Positions 20,880 to 31,263 of a DNA stretch of 64,000 nt are shown here, piece after piece. The position numbers and the translations under genes were made by a program. Under the pieces are notes generated by a model, which was given only the letters and a program-made list of their open reading frames with translations, made no database searches and was not told the DNA's origin. The DNA is from Minutocellus sp. GHC0000111 (taxonomy: Eukaryota): positions 4,650,001-4,714,000 of the forward strand of contig OZ361258.1 of assembly GCA_977018835.1 (NCBI GenBank), in the 5' to 3' direction. Positions within the stretch are counted from its first letter, which is position 1, and every line of letters begins with the position of its first letter.

Positions 20880-21335
20880 CTTGCTTGTTGAAATCGGATT
20901 GTTGATACCGTTGCATTTAGATCTAGAGTACTAGTAGGTTCAATTGAGTGTGTCAATGTCGGGCGCAAAAGGAGACAAACGATGAAGAAGGCGGTAGATC
21001 TTCCTGCACGCACACGCTTGTAGAGGCTATTTTATTTCCCGTTCGGCGTTTCGTTTCCCGTCTGTTTTTCCGTGCGGCTCATCCCACCGAATGAATCAGA
21101 AATGTGTCAGAAATATGCCGTTCAGAAGAACGTTGAAATGACGCACGTGGGCGTAGCCAGTCCTTTCACGGCATGAAATGACACGTGTACCATCTGCATT
21201 GTTTACTCGTACCTGTTTTATTGCTACGTGTAAGTCTGGTACTTTTTAGTAGTACGAACATTTCCCGTTTGGCGGTTTCTTTCTGCGAAATCTCTAGCTA
21301 CGTACGTAGAAATGACGTTGATTCATTCAACGACT

Positions 21336-21375
21336 CCTCGACTCGACTCGACTCGACTGACTCGACTCACTCGAC
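21336..21375. repeat. (CTCGA)n microsatellite, imperfect
   Basis: ctcgactcgactcgactcgactgactcgactcactcgac in a divergent intergenic region. Confidence 0.8.
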
Positions 21376-21503
21376 TTGCTCAGGACCCGTCATGCATCGC
21401 TCAGCCACACGGCGCGAAGATCGTGAAGCTTGAATAAGAACTGGCATTCCTCGCGTCATAAAACGAGCAACCCTTTGCTCTCACCACCACCACGATACTG
21501 ACC

Positions 21504-22181
21504 ATGTTGTCCAAATCCCTGATCCCTCTTGCTCTTTGCGGTTGCGCCTCGGCATTCGCTCCACCAGCGACCCGCTCTTTGGTGAGTTTTTCTCATGCGT
21601 ATCTTTTCGTGCTTGAAGAGTGATGTTGGGGTTCTTGATGTGTTGATTGCATCTCATGGCATGGTTGGTGCATCTATTCTGCATTCATTACTAATCCATA
21701 CGGTCCTTATCATTCTATTGGATAAATTCAGCATCAAATTACTGCACTGAATGCCGTTACCGGTCACCCCTCATTTGTGGCGAACAAATATTACCAGCTT
21801 GAAGAGCTCGAGGACCGTGACGATTGCTCGACCGAAGTCCTCTTGAAGGATGATGGCACGGTCGAAACGGGTGCAACCGACGGACCACCTCCGGTGAAAT
21901 CATCTGGCACGTGGGAATTTGCCGGCAACACATTCAAGATGGTCCTGACCCGTGTCTACCAGGGCGGAGAGCCGCCCATGAAGTCGACGGATATGGGAGA
22001 GTTTAAATATGAGGTGAAGAGAAGCTATGAGGGAGAAATCTCTCATGTGGGAGAGGAGGTGGCCGTCACTGGCGGAAAGATCCATCTCCTCCACGAAGAT
22101 CTTGGTGATGAAGCGGTTGGCTTCTTCAACCTTCTTGACACCACCAGTGCCAGGCCGGGGGCGACTTCTGCTTCTCCTTGA
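21504..22181 (+). CDS. Nucleus-encoded plastid-targeted protein of unknown function, two exons
   Basis: Exon 1 21504-21581 encodes MLSKSLIPLALCGCASAFAPPATRSL (exact ASAFAP motif); intron 21582-21731 (GTGAGT...TTCAG) keeps frame into YYQLEELEDRDDCSTE. Confidence 0.85.
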
Positions 22182-22249
22182 TGCTCATCAAACCCTTCAG
22201 AATTCCCAAGAAATTTATACAAATGCTACTTAGTAATCAATTTATTGAA

Positions 22250-23560
22250 TTACGAAGCGCTAGGGTGCTGCCTACCAATTCCCTGGTCGGCAAATGTCTT
22301 TCTCGCCTCTCCTTCTTCCCGTTCGTAAAGAATCTTGGACGTTGCGCCCTCGGTTTCATCATCCTCATTGTCACCCTCGCCACCTCGTTCGCCCTCTTTT
22401 CGTCGGAAATCAGCTGGGCAGGGCGCTCCGCCTCCATCCATGTCCGGCCTTCTCCACTTCGGACCACTCCATGCCCCCACAACGTCGGGAGCGATCACGG
22501 CCATGAGGGCCCGCGGCGGATTGGCACTCACATGCTCCACTAGGGCACGTTCGGCCTCCTCTTCCAGCATACCAAGCCGCTGCCGCGTCTCTCGTATGGT
22601 AAGGGTTTCTTGCATTCGTTTTGCCAATTGTTCGGATTTGGAACTGCCATCAGCATTGTCAATGGCGTGAGCGACAGTTTGACGTGCCAGCGCATTCTTC
22701 TGCGATACAAGGAACCGCCCGATGACATTGAGCTCTCGCTTTCGCAGTGGCTGGACGACACCCTCGTCATAAAAGTACGTACTTTCAATACCATTCCCAC
22801 TCGAAACGTTGGCATTGCATGCTGAAGTAGTACGGCAATGGACCTGAGCCGTCTCGCCATAACGATTGGCAAGTCTCCTTGCCATGGCCTCTCGAACATC
22901 GGCGCCGCCTTGGGAAACGATGTGAAGACTCTCTGGTGCTGGGGTAGACTGATCAAACCACGGAATATCGTCGGTGGCCGTCGTTTCGGATTCAGCACGA
23001 TTCACTGTAATATCAAATCCATCAACCAGCACAAGAAAATCGAGACCAGGAAACAGTGGTATGCCCAGGCTGACTCCATCCTCCTCATTGTTGTCCTTGG
23101 CCTGCTCATAACCAACACCAACGCCCTCCATTTCCTCCGCAAGCACGGGCCGTACGAGCAGTGGCAAAAGAGCGGCAATGGCAGCCGATTGACCGAACGC
23201 AACGATGCCCGAAAACGGATTGGAGTGGACCTTGCGATTCCATATCTGCGACAAGTGGAGGATCGATGCGTCGAGACCGACGTAGTTGATACCATCATCG
23301 GAAGCGCCGGATTGACCGCACCTCCGAGACGAGCCGTTGAGATCAGCATCGAACCAACATCTCTTCTTGGACGGGGCATCGCCACAGTCACTATTCAGTT
23401 TCTTCTCGTTCTCACCATTCGACGGAGACGAGAGGAGTGGCGCATCGACGTACACCAGCTCAATGCCATGCTTGGACCGGAGACCTTCGTCGAGATCACG
23501 GAGCGAACGCTGCAGATCATCCGCGGACGAACCCGACGGGTGGAGGGCAAGGACCCGCAT
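22250..23560 (-). CDS. FSH1/DUF341-like serine hydrolase fold protein
   Basis: MRVLALHP.GSSA, ELVYVDAP, RCWF, GLDASI..L, PFSGIVAFGQSAA (canonical GFSQG), PESLHIV. Confidence 0.7.
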   Translation of the reverse strand: MRVLALHPSGSSADDLQRSLRDLDEGLRSKHGIELVYVDAPLLSSPSNGENEKKLNSDCGDAPSKKRCWFDADLNGSSRRCGQSGASDDGINYVGLDASILHLSQIWNRKVHSNPFSGIVAFGQSAAIAALLPLLVRPVLAEEMEGVGVGYEQAKDNNEEDGVSLGIPLFPGLDFLVLVDGFDITVNRAESETTATDDIPWFDQSTPAPESLHIVSQGGADVREAMARRLANRYGETAQVHCRTTSACNANVSSGNGIESTYFYDEGVVQPLRKRELNVIGRFLVSQKNALARQTVAHAIDNADGSSKSEQLAKRMQETLTIRETRQRLGMLEEEAERALVEHVSANPPRALMAVIAPDVVGAWSGPKWRRPDMDGGGAPCPADFRRKEGERGGEGDNEDDETEGATSKILYEREEGEARKTFADQGIGRQHPSAS

Positions 23561-24394
23561 CTTTCCAACGAATAGGCTGAATGAGGTAGTAAAAGCGTTT
23601 GGCCGATGGCGAAATCGCAATATGGACTTGTGTCTTCGGCTTGCTGGTCAGCCGCAAGCAAGGCAGCAGCAGCCATAGCCCACAGCCCCATCTCGTCTTG
23701 TTTCACCGTTTTTCGGCAGAAGACGAACACGTCACGAAGAAACCCACCAAAACCCAATCTCGTTCGTCACCCATTCTTTGACCGTCCAACACCATGGTGG
23801 TCCGTCGGCGTTGCGCCGGCGTATAACTATATTTTCGTACCAAATACGCATTCATTATCATGTTTGGACATAGTTGAAGCTTACTGTATCCTCAGATTGG
23901 CCTCCGCTGCGTATCAACGCCACGAACCATCGGCCTACTTTTCCTCCATCTGTCGGCCGTTCGTTTCTCTGGGGTGGCACCATTGCTCCGTCTTTGTGCT
24001 CGTCGTGCTCCCGTTGTGATGCCCCAGACCCTCTGGTACTTTCCCACGTTGTTGTTGATGATAAACTGCCGGGATTGCGCCGCACCCCCCGTATGACCGA
24101 CTCTCGCTGATCCCGACCGATCGCATCCCCACTCGACCTCTCCCGGAATTCCGACAATGATTTTGCGCCCGAGGAGAGACAGACAGCATTGGGATAAGTT
24201 TATGCAACAATCAACCCGACAAAGGGACTTTTTGGTCTGGGAGATAAATGGGTGAGTTAAGAAGGACGTGATGTGTTTGTTTGGGTGTGCTATTTACTTT
24301 TTTGCTCAATCGCGACACTGTTTGTAAAAGTTGGATGATTGTGCAACAATTCATTTGTTGTTGTGTAGCAGCAGTGTAATTTCATTTTCTAATT

Positions 24395-26050
24395 TTACAC
24401 ATGCCCTGCTCCCATCTCTACATCCTCATCTCCATCGGTGGCCATCATGATCATTTGTTGGCGCTTGTCATCAGTTTCTGCTTTAACAGCTTCGGTCCTT
24501 GTCCTTTTCCTTCCTTGTTCTTGCCACCCGAGAGTTTCGCTCCCGCCTCTCCTCGCCCTTTGGATTGGATGCCCTCTCCTCAGCCTTGAACTGCGCCGTC
24601 TGTTGGGCCTCATATCCCTTGACGCCCTGAGTCCGACGATCTTCCTTAACGCCCTCTTGGTGGGCTCGCTCTACAAACGATTCGTCGAGCCAATAGATGC
24701 CGCCCCATCCATTCTTCACCAGCCAAATGTGTTGGTCCAAGATGTGATCTTCGAGTAAGTGCCACTTGGGCGTCATGCTAATACCGATTGCCCGTGCTTG
24801 CTTGAGGGCACTTGCAATCAATGCTTCAAGCTCTCTCACAGCCTTCTTTGCCTCATCATCCCATTTCACATGTGCCATTTCAGAAACCTGGAGAACATGT
24901 TGCGTCAAGAGTGTGGGGCAAATTAGAGCAAGCTTTGCAGAGCTCTTTGATGTCGTCATCCGTCATGCCATCTTCCTCGCGATTGTGCTCTAGGAGAGTT
25001 CCTTTGGTGGAGGTGTTATGGTGGATGAACTCTGTTGTCCTTGGTTTCTTCTTGTTGTTGCCAGCCATCAGAAATGTTAATAGATGAAGCTCTCCAGCAT
25101 TCTGCCAGCACTGCCCTTATTTTACCTGAGTCGGCCGCCTCAATGCCGGCCTTTTTCAGGAAATGGAAGTGAGGGGCATCGTCATCCTCGGCATCATCGA
25201 CAGCTCCCATCCCTGGCTCGCCATCACCGTGCTTCTGACGATTCTTCTCAAAGCACTGCTGCACATGTGTGCTTTTCATGTGTAGCGTCCTCTCTTGCAA
25301 CATCAGCTTCGTCCTCCTCACAACAGGGCACATAGTCCTCGTCTTTGTCGTCATCGTCCTCACTGATCTCGCCGGCCTCCGTCGTGGTCAGGGTGCCCAC
25401 CGTCCCAACATCGTCGTCATTGTCCCACCCATCGTCCTCCTGCTGGCCATCATGCCCACCAGGGAACTTCTGGGCCTCGAGCAACATCTGCCTGTTGATT
25501 TCGTAGTCCATCGCCGCATATCCCACCGACACATGTGGTGCGACCGACTTGAGGAATGCATTACATGCCTTCGTCAAATTGAGCCGCGGCGGCGGCATTT
25601 CGAGGCGAAATTGTTGCTCGACCGTGACCATGTCGAAAGCCATCCATCCATCATCATGGAGAGCGTCGGCTGCACGAGGATTGATAGAACCGAGGCGAAC
25701 AAATGTGCTCTTTTTGCATGGGGTTCGCTGAACGTCGTCGGCAAGGCAGTGTCTTGATGCCATTTCATCCCATCCACTCTGGTTGTCTGTCCTCACAAAA
25801 AACACACGTCGCAGTCTTCGTGTTTCTTCTTCTTCAAACCCAAGATGCCCGCAGTGTACATGACGGCGCCGTACATGATGGGACTGCATCCCAACACATT
25901 CATCAAGGAGTCGTTGTTGTTGCCGATGAAATTGTAGTGATGAAGTTCCTTTCTGCGAAGACGGACGAGTAGTTCAGCCAGGGCGTCCTGCACCGCAACT
26001 CTGTCTCTGCGGTGTTGACCGCGGGATTGCGGCCGTTATTTTTTTGCTCA
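24395..26050 (-). mobile_element. Decayed DNA transposon (CMC/Transib-like transposase fragments)
   Basis: Fragment TPKWHLLEDH...GWGG...DESFVERAHQ is a DDE C-terminal signature; upstream same-strand fragments are broken by stops and frameshifts; no TIR found. Confidence 0.6.
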
Positions 26051-26609
26051 TGGAGAACTATGGATCGAGACCAACGGGAACATCACCAGGATGTCGGGAG
26101 CACCTGGTTGGTCTCGTGCCGTAATTCTCCCACACCAGCGCGAGATATCGCCTTCGTTCTGCACGTAGCGGCGGCAATTTGAATTTTTGCTGCCATGGTG
26201 GCTCGCGTTGGGCGCGCCGGTCGGTTGCTTCGCGCGCCGGCCGGCCACCGAAAGTGCGACCAAAAGTATGCGAGTCATCCTGCTGGCAGATGGTGCTGTG
26301 AGCCGGCAAATTGTGGACAAGGTTGGGCGCTGCTTTCTTTTCTTGTCATATCCACGTCATCAACCCCCCAAGCCCAACGGCCCCAGGCATAGCGAAAAGG
26401 CCGAAGGGAAGGGCAGCACAGCGTCCCACTCACGTTAGATCAAGACCTATCGGTAACAAGTTAGGAAAAAGACTAACGGCATTTAGATCAGAACAAATAT
26501 GCTTCTACAACGATCTATATCGTGGCGGTACCGGTATGCTATTGTCCACACACGGAGACAAAAGCCAACAAATCAGCAACAAAAAGTCTCTGCATCGCCT
26601 CAAAGCATT

Positions 26610-27593
26610 TCAATCCTCTCCATCCGTTTTCAGTCTGACCTCATCCGCACTATGTTTCGTGCCATTTCCTACCACGGTCTCTGTGACACACGGGCTCGTC
26701 GTATCTTTCCCCTTCTTGGCCGCATCAGGGTTCTTTCCTTCCTCCGGACCCGCCGGCAGGTAACTCTCTTCCTCTCGGTTGGTGCTGCTCCGCCGTCCGA
26801 CTCTCTGGGATGTCGACGACCTGGCAATCTGCTCTTCGCACCTTTCCGCGTCGCTGTTATCAGTGACACTCTCTGGGTCAATACCGCTGTGCTGGGACGA
26901 TTTGAGCCGTCCGCTCGTCGTCAACACCACCCTGCCGCTGGTGTTGTGCGTCATGACCTCCTCCAGCACCTCGACGTCGTCAATCTCGTTGCCGGTCACG
27001 TCCAGAACGGACAGCCGGCGGCTGTGATCGTTGAGCTCGTCGACGATGGCGGCGGCACCCTCGGCCGTCACCCCGGCCTCACCGATGCGAAGCTCTTCGA
27101 TGGAGCTCAGCCCGACGCCAGGAGCCAAAGTCTTGACCCCCTCGTCGAGGATCGTATTACCGCTCATCCCCAGCGAGACCAGAGTGCGGTTTTGCATGAG
27201 GGCCCGTCCCAGAGGCCGGGTTCCGCGGGGCGTGATGGCATTCCGCGAGATGTTGAGCTCGACCAGCGTCTTGTTGCTCACCAACGCCTCCCTACCTATG
27301 CAATTGATGCTCAGCCATATCTCCCGAAGGGTCGGATGGACCGCAACGGCCGATGCCAGATCGAGCGCCCCGAGCCGACTTATGTAGTTCTCGCACAGAT
27401 GCAGCTCGACGAGATGCCGATTGGTGCGAAGCGATTTGGACAGCCGCGCCACGTCGACGTCGGTCAGCCCCTCCTCGTCGAGGCACAGCTCGGTAAAGTC
27501 CTCCGATAGGAGGTGCCGTCGGACATGGGTCACCTTCTGCCGAGTTCGGATCCGTTTCCGACGCTTAGTGCACAGGCAGGACGAGGAATCCAT
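26610..27593 (-). CDS. Leucine-rich repeat (RNI-like) protein
   Basis: Repeats N..LVEL.L..N.I...G...LA.A. Confidence 0.85.
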   Translation of the reverse strand: MDSSSCLCTKRRKRIRTRQKVTHVRRHLLSEDFTELCLDEEGLTDVDVARLSKSLRTNRHLVELHLCENYISRLGALDLASAVAVHPTLREIWLSINCIGREALVSNKTLVELNISRNAITPRGTRPLGRALMQNRTLVSLGMSGNTILDEGVKTLAPGVGLSSIEELRIGEAGVTAEGAAAIVDELNDHSRRLSVLDVTGNEIDDVEVLEEVMTHNTSGRVVLTTSGRLKSSQHSGIDPESVTDNSDAERCEEQIARSSTSQRVGRRSSTNREEESYLPAGPEEGKNPDAAKKGKDTTSPCVTETVVGNGTKHSADEVRLKTDGED

Positions 27594-27695
27594 GACGAAG
27601 TTGGTGCCGTATCTTCGTGATTCGTCGACCGAAAGCGTGCACAACAAATGAATGAATAAATAAATGGCAAAGGCACTGGTCGGGAGGGGCTCTCC

Positions 27696-28448
27696 TCAAT
27701 TGGGAAATAGTGTCCTCCGTGCAATTACAAACGCTAGTCCCACCATACCAGTCAGTGCAATTGATCCGGCTACAAGCAGTGGCGTCTTTCGCCGTTGTTG
27801 CTCTGGTGTCTGGCTGGCATCAGTGAATACCTCCGTAGAGGGAGGAACGAATGTGGAGGCAATATCCATAATATTCATTGTTTCGGGAACATGCTGTTCC
27901 TTTTGGGCTACCACCTGCTCTTCAATCTCTGACTTTGGCTCGGTAAAGACATTCGTTTGCTCGTTGCTCATTGTAGCATCGTTGTTGTTGGGCTTGTTGG
28001 GAATCCTCTCGGGCCGACCAGGCCGTTCCTTCTTCTCGGCTTGAACGCCATTAGTGGTCGGCATTGCAGCAGGTTTGGTCTCCTCCTTGGCAGAAGAATC
28101 AGATTGGACAACATCCTTCCACTTGGCTCCGACGCCCTTGGCATGAGCCTTACTTTCATCGTCTTGCGCGCGCTTCACGATGGGAAACTTGTAATGCCGG
28201 CGCATCGCCCGGACCTTTTCGGGACCTCGGTGCAGAACATGCGTGGGAACATTCCGATAGCTGTTGCGTGGATTGTTCCGATTCCGATTCACGCGGGTGT
28301 TGGCATTGTTCTTGGTGTCGGTAACGCCAGAGGAAACGCCCGGCGCGTTCCGAGGTTGCATCTTCGAAAACACATTGGCCGACACATCATGTGATAGGCA
28401 TAGCAGGAGGCCGACGGTGGCGACCGGAACGAAGCAATTTGATCTCAT
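27696..28448 (-). CDS. Type I membrane protein (signal peptide, disordered ectodomain, C-terminal TM)
   Basis: VPVATVGLLLCLSHDVSA signal; C-terminal LLVAGSIALTGMVGLAFVIA followed by RR. Confidence 0.75.
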   Translation of the reverse strand: MRSNCFVPVATVGLLLCLSHDVSANVFSKMQPRNAPGVSSGVTDTKNNANTRVNRNRNNPRNSYRNVPTHVLHRGPEKVRAMRRHYKFPIVKRAQDDESKAHAKGVGAKWKDVVQSDSSAKEETKPAAMPTTNGVQAEKKERPGRPERIPNKPNNNDATMSNEQTNVFTEPKSEIEEQVVAQKEQHVPETMNIMDIASTFVPPSTEVFTDASQTPEQQRRKTPLLVAGSIALTGMVGLAFVIARRTLFPN

Positions 28449-28762
28449 GGTTCGATCGAGGATATATTGAGATCAATATGGGGCAGTTGTGGTGATGCCA
28501 ACAGGTCGTGGGTGGGTATTCGAAGCATCGATCGAATTGGTATCTTCAATTCGATGATCGAATTGGCATCTTCGAGCGATTTTGCTCGAAATTCAAATCT
28601 TTTTTGGCGGAGCCAAATACGGTCGACGGAAAGGACGCGATTTCTGACGACTGCGACGACGGCAAAGTCTGATCTGCAGCCACATCGCTTTCGCCGTACC
28701 GAGCGACGACTCTTCCGCGTGTTGGGCAATAAGTCGCATTGTTCTATGTCTGCATACCTACG

Positions 28763-30211
28763 ATGGATACCTCTTCATCAAATGGCAAAAGGGCGCAAGA
28801 GAGCGGGGACGTGGTGACGCCTTCCGCAAAAAGACAGAAGCTCGGTGAGCGCAAGTCAGAGGTGGAGGTGGAAGGTGATAATAGTTACCTCATCCCCCTT
28901 CGACTGACTGCACGGAGTGGTTATCTCGCATTAGAAGAAGTCGCTCGGCTTCTTTTGTTCACGGGTAAGACATTCATGGGCGATATCTTTGGCGACCTTC
29001 TGAATAGTTCGGGCGAAATGAAACAAAGCACAGGGGGGGCTCAAATTGAGGATGTTGGGCCTTTCCGATATTATCACAACGTCGAGGTGGAGAGAAACGA
29101 ACAAACAAAAACATTTGGTTTTTCTCTTCACTCTTTTTCTGGTCGACGCATGGACAATGTGGGCTGCCAGATTAAAATGGTCGGGGCGCTAATGCTGTCC
29201 AGCGAGATGATTGAGGAGCAGGATGTGATAATTTGCGTTGACGGGAAGAATGTGGAGGAATGGACATGGTCAGAAGTAGTGAAGGAGATAAGGGCCGTTC
29301 GGGGTAACACGATCAACCTTTCTATCAGAAGATTTCGAACAGATGTTAAACTACAGATATGGAAATGCATTTGCCAGCACAAATGGAGAGATTCCAAGGT
29401 CCTTGGACAGCTTATGACTTGTGTCGGAAATAGATGCAGAAACGGAGAAGCCGATTGGAAGGGACTCTTTCAGAAATTCTGCCAAAGAAGATCGGGAAAT
29501 AAAAACTTGAAAAATATGGCAAACTACGAATTTTTGCTTTCGGTGTATGATTGTATCGATGCGACCTTGGATTCTACACCAGTCACTTGCCTTTTGCTTG
29601 ACAGTAGAAACTCATTGAGTCTCATGAAGGCAGGTCTAACTGGATGGCTCGAGTTCGATTCGCCCGTCAACATTGGCACATTCACATCTTTCAAAGATAT
29701 TCGAAACAAAATTAATAATTGGAGCATAGCACTGCACGTGCTCAGAAGGATGGATAAGAGGTCGCGGATAATTGGCGTGCAACCTTTGGATTCAAATTGT
29801 CGTTCCCTTTCACATCCTGATACTTTTGACCACAATTTCAGTGACGAAGAGAGCGACTATTTCAGCGACGAAGAGAGCGATGAAGAAATCACTGGAAAAT
29901 GGTATTTCTTCACCCGAAAGCGTAGAGGAAGAAAAAGAATTATTGTTGATGGCAACTTGGACGATCTTATCACCAATTCCAGTGACCACAACTCGAAAGT
30001 TAATATTGAGTTCAAGCGGAATCTTCGGTGTTCAGTACACGTTCACGAGGACGGAAAACACGAATGCTGCATAGATGCTATATCTGTTGACGTCCTTATC
30101 AAAGATGATTCTATGAGTGAGGCGAATGGGGTTCTATTCTCCCAGTTTGGTAGTGTGAAACCCGGCATTACCTTGGCCAATTTTTTAGCCCTAACAGATG
30201 GGTGGGAGTAA
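28763..30211 (+). CDS. PDZ-domain-containing protein (possible F-box-like N-terminal segment)
   Basis: ATG 28763; VEVERNEQTKTFGFSL...IEEQDVIICVDGKNV..WTWSEVVKEIR..GNTINLSIRR is a PDZ pattern; internal 24-nt duplication FSDEESDY/FSDEESDE. Confidence 0.7.
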   Translation: MDTSSSNGKRAQESGDVVTPSAKRQKLGERKSEVEVEGDNSYLIPLRLTARSGYLALEEVARLLLFTGKTFMGDIFGDLLNSSGEMKQSTGGAQIEDVGPFRYYHNVEVERNEQTKTFGFSLHSFSGRRMDNVGCQIKMVGALMLSSEMIEEQDVIICVDGKNVEEWTWSEVVKEIRAVRGNTINLSIRRFRTDVKLQIWKCICQHKWRDSKVLGQLMTCVGNRCRNGEADWKGLFQKFCQRRSGNKNLKNMANYEFLLSVYDCIDATLDSTPVTCLLLDSRNSLSLMKAGLTGWLEFDSPVNIGTFTSFKDIRNKINNWSIALHVLRRMDKRSRIIGVQPLDSNCRSLSHPDTFDHNFSDEESDYFSDEESDEEITGKWYFFTRKRRGRKRIIVDGNLDDLITNSSDHNSKVNIEFKRNLRCSVHVHEDGKHECCIDAISVDVLIKDDSMSEANGVLFSQFGSVKPGITLANFLALTDGWE

Positions 30212-30278
30212 AAGTAAATTTGAAAGAGATGTCCACCCGCAGACGAGGACAGTAAAATAGGTAGCACAGAGTGTTATG

Positions 30279-30767
30279 TCATACCTCTGACCCCCAAATC
30301 TCCAGCTTGTATATTGTCACCCGGCCATAAAAGTCGGAACTGCCCTCGAAGCTCAGTCTCAACATATTGCACTTCCTATCATCGTCGGTAATCTCAAACT
30401 TTTGCACATCGTTAACATCTTCCGGTTCTATCGGTTCCTCCAACTCCACCCATTCCTCACTGCCACTACCACCACCACCATTTCCACCCTTGCATATATA
30501 CGCCGTGCACTCCTCTGCCACAAATCCACCCTGAAATTGTATCCGTATTTCCTCCACCTGAACCATTCGTTTTTTACCAAAGTTGATGGTAAATGTGATG
30601 GGTCCGTCACTTCCCGATGGAACGGCGTCGGAATTCCAACAGCTGGTCTCATTGGCGATGTCCAAGGCATTCATCGGACCGTACAACTTGCTGTTCTTGT
30701 TGAGGACCGAGGATGCCTTGGCCGTGGTGCCCAGTGCAGGGTCGCTGAGAAGCTTTGGGGGGCTCAT
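30279..30767 (-). CDS. NR2C2AP: Nuclear receptor 2C2-associated protein-like (galactose-binding-like fold)
   Basis: SSVLNKN.K.YGP, ETSCWNSD, IQFQGGF, PEDVNDVQ.F, F..SSDFYGRVTIYKLEI.G. Confidence 0.85.
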   Translation of the reverse strand: MSPPKLLSDPALGTTAKASSVLNKNSKLYGPMNALDIANETSCWNSDAVPSGSDGPITFTINFGKKRMVQVEEIRIQFQGGFVAEECTAYICKGGNGGGGSGSEEWVELEEPIEPEDVNDVQKFEITDDDRKCNMLRLSFEGSSDFYGRVTIYKLEIWGSEV

Positions 30768-31263
30768 CTTTGCTTTTTAGTTGTTGAAATGTGTGATGAG
30801 TGGGAAAGAAGCGTTCTCAAACCGGGATAGGGATTTCCGCAACAAAAAATGGGAAAAGACGTTCTGATCATATGCGATATCAATGCATATCGTCGAACGA
30901 TAGGTCGAAGCGGTGTGCTGTGGCTGTACAGATGATAATCTTCCTACTCGTACCTTCGAACAAATGCTTCGTCGGCAATTTCGGGGCGTGTGCCGTCTGG
31001 CCCATAACCTGTTAATGACCCCCTGCTGTGTCGGTATGCGCAAAAAGACTTTTGTATTGCCGCTGGGCCATTGAAGAGAACGAAGAACGATACGGTAATT
31101 GATTGCTCGATGGATGACCTCGAAGGCAAATGCCCCCACATGTGTGCGGTCCTCCGAATCACATGACGCACCCCTCTCATTGGCCATTATCGCCATCATT
31201 ATTGAACGAATGCCTGCGAGAGAAAAGACGGGATACCAGTATCCATAGTCGTAATAGAGGAAG

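Noticed and set aside
24150..26450. Terminal inverted repeats for the decayed transposon
   Set aside because: Only short scattered matches were found; no convincing TIR or TSD.
26499..27509. Long antisense or alternate-frame ORFs (also 8830-9543, 48077-48985, 10930-11613)
   Set aside because: They are shadows of GC3-rich or low-complexity genes on the opposite strand, with no independent motifs.
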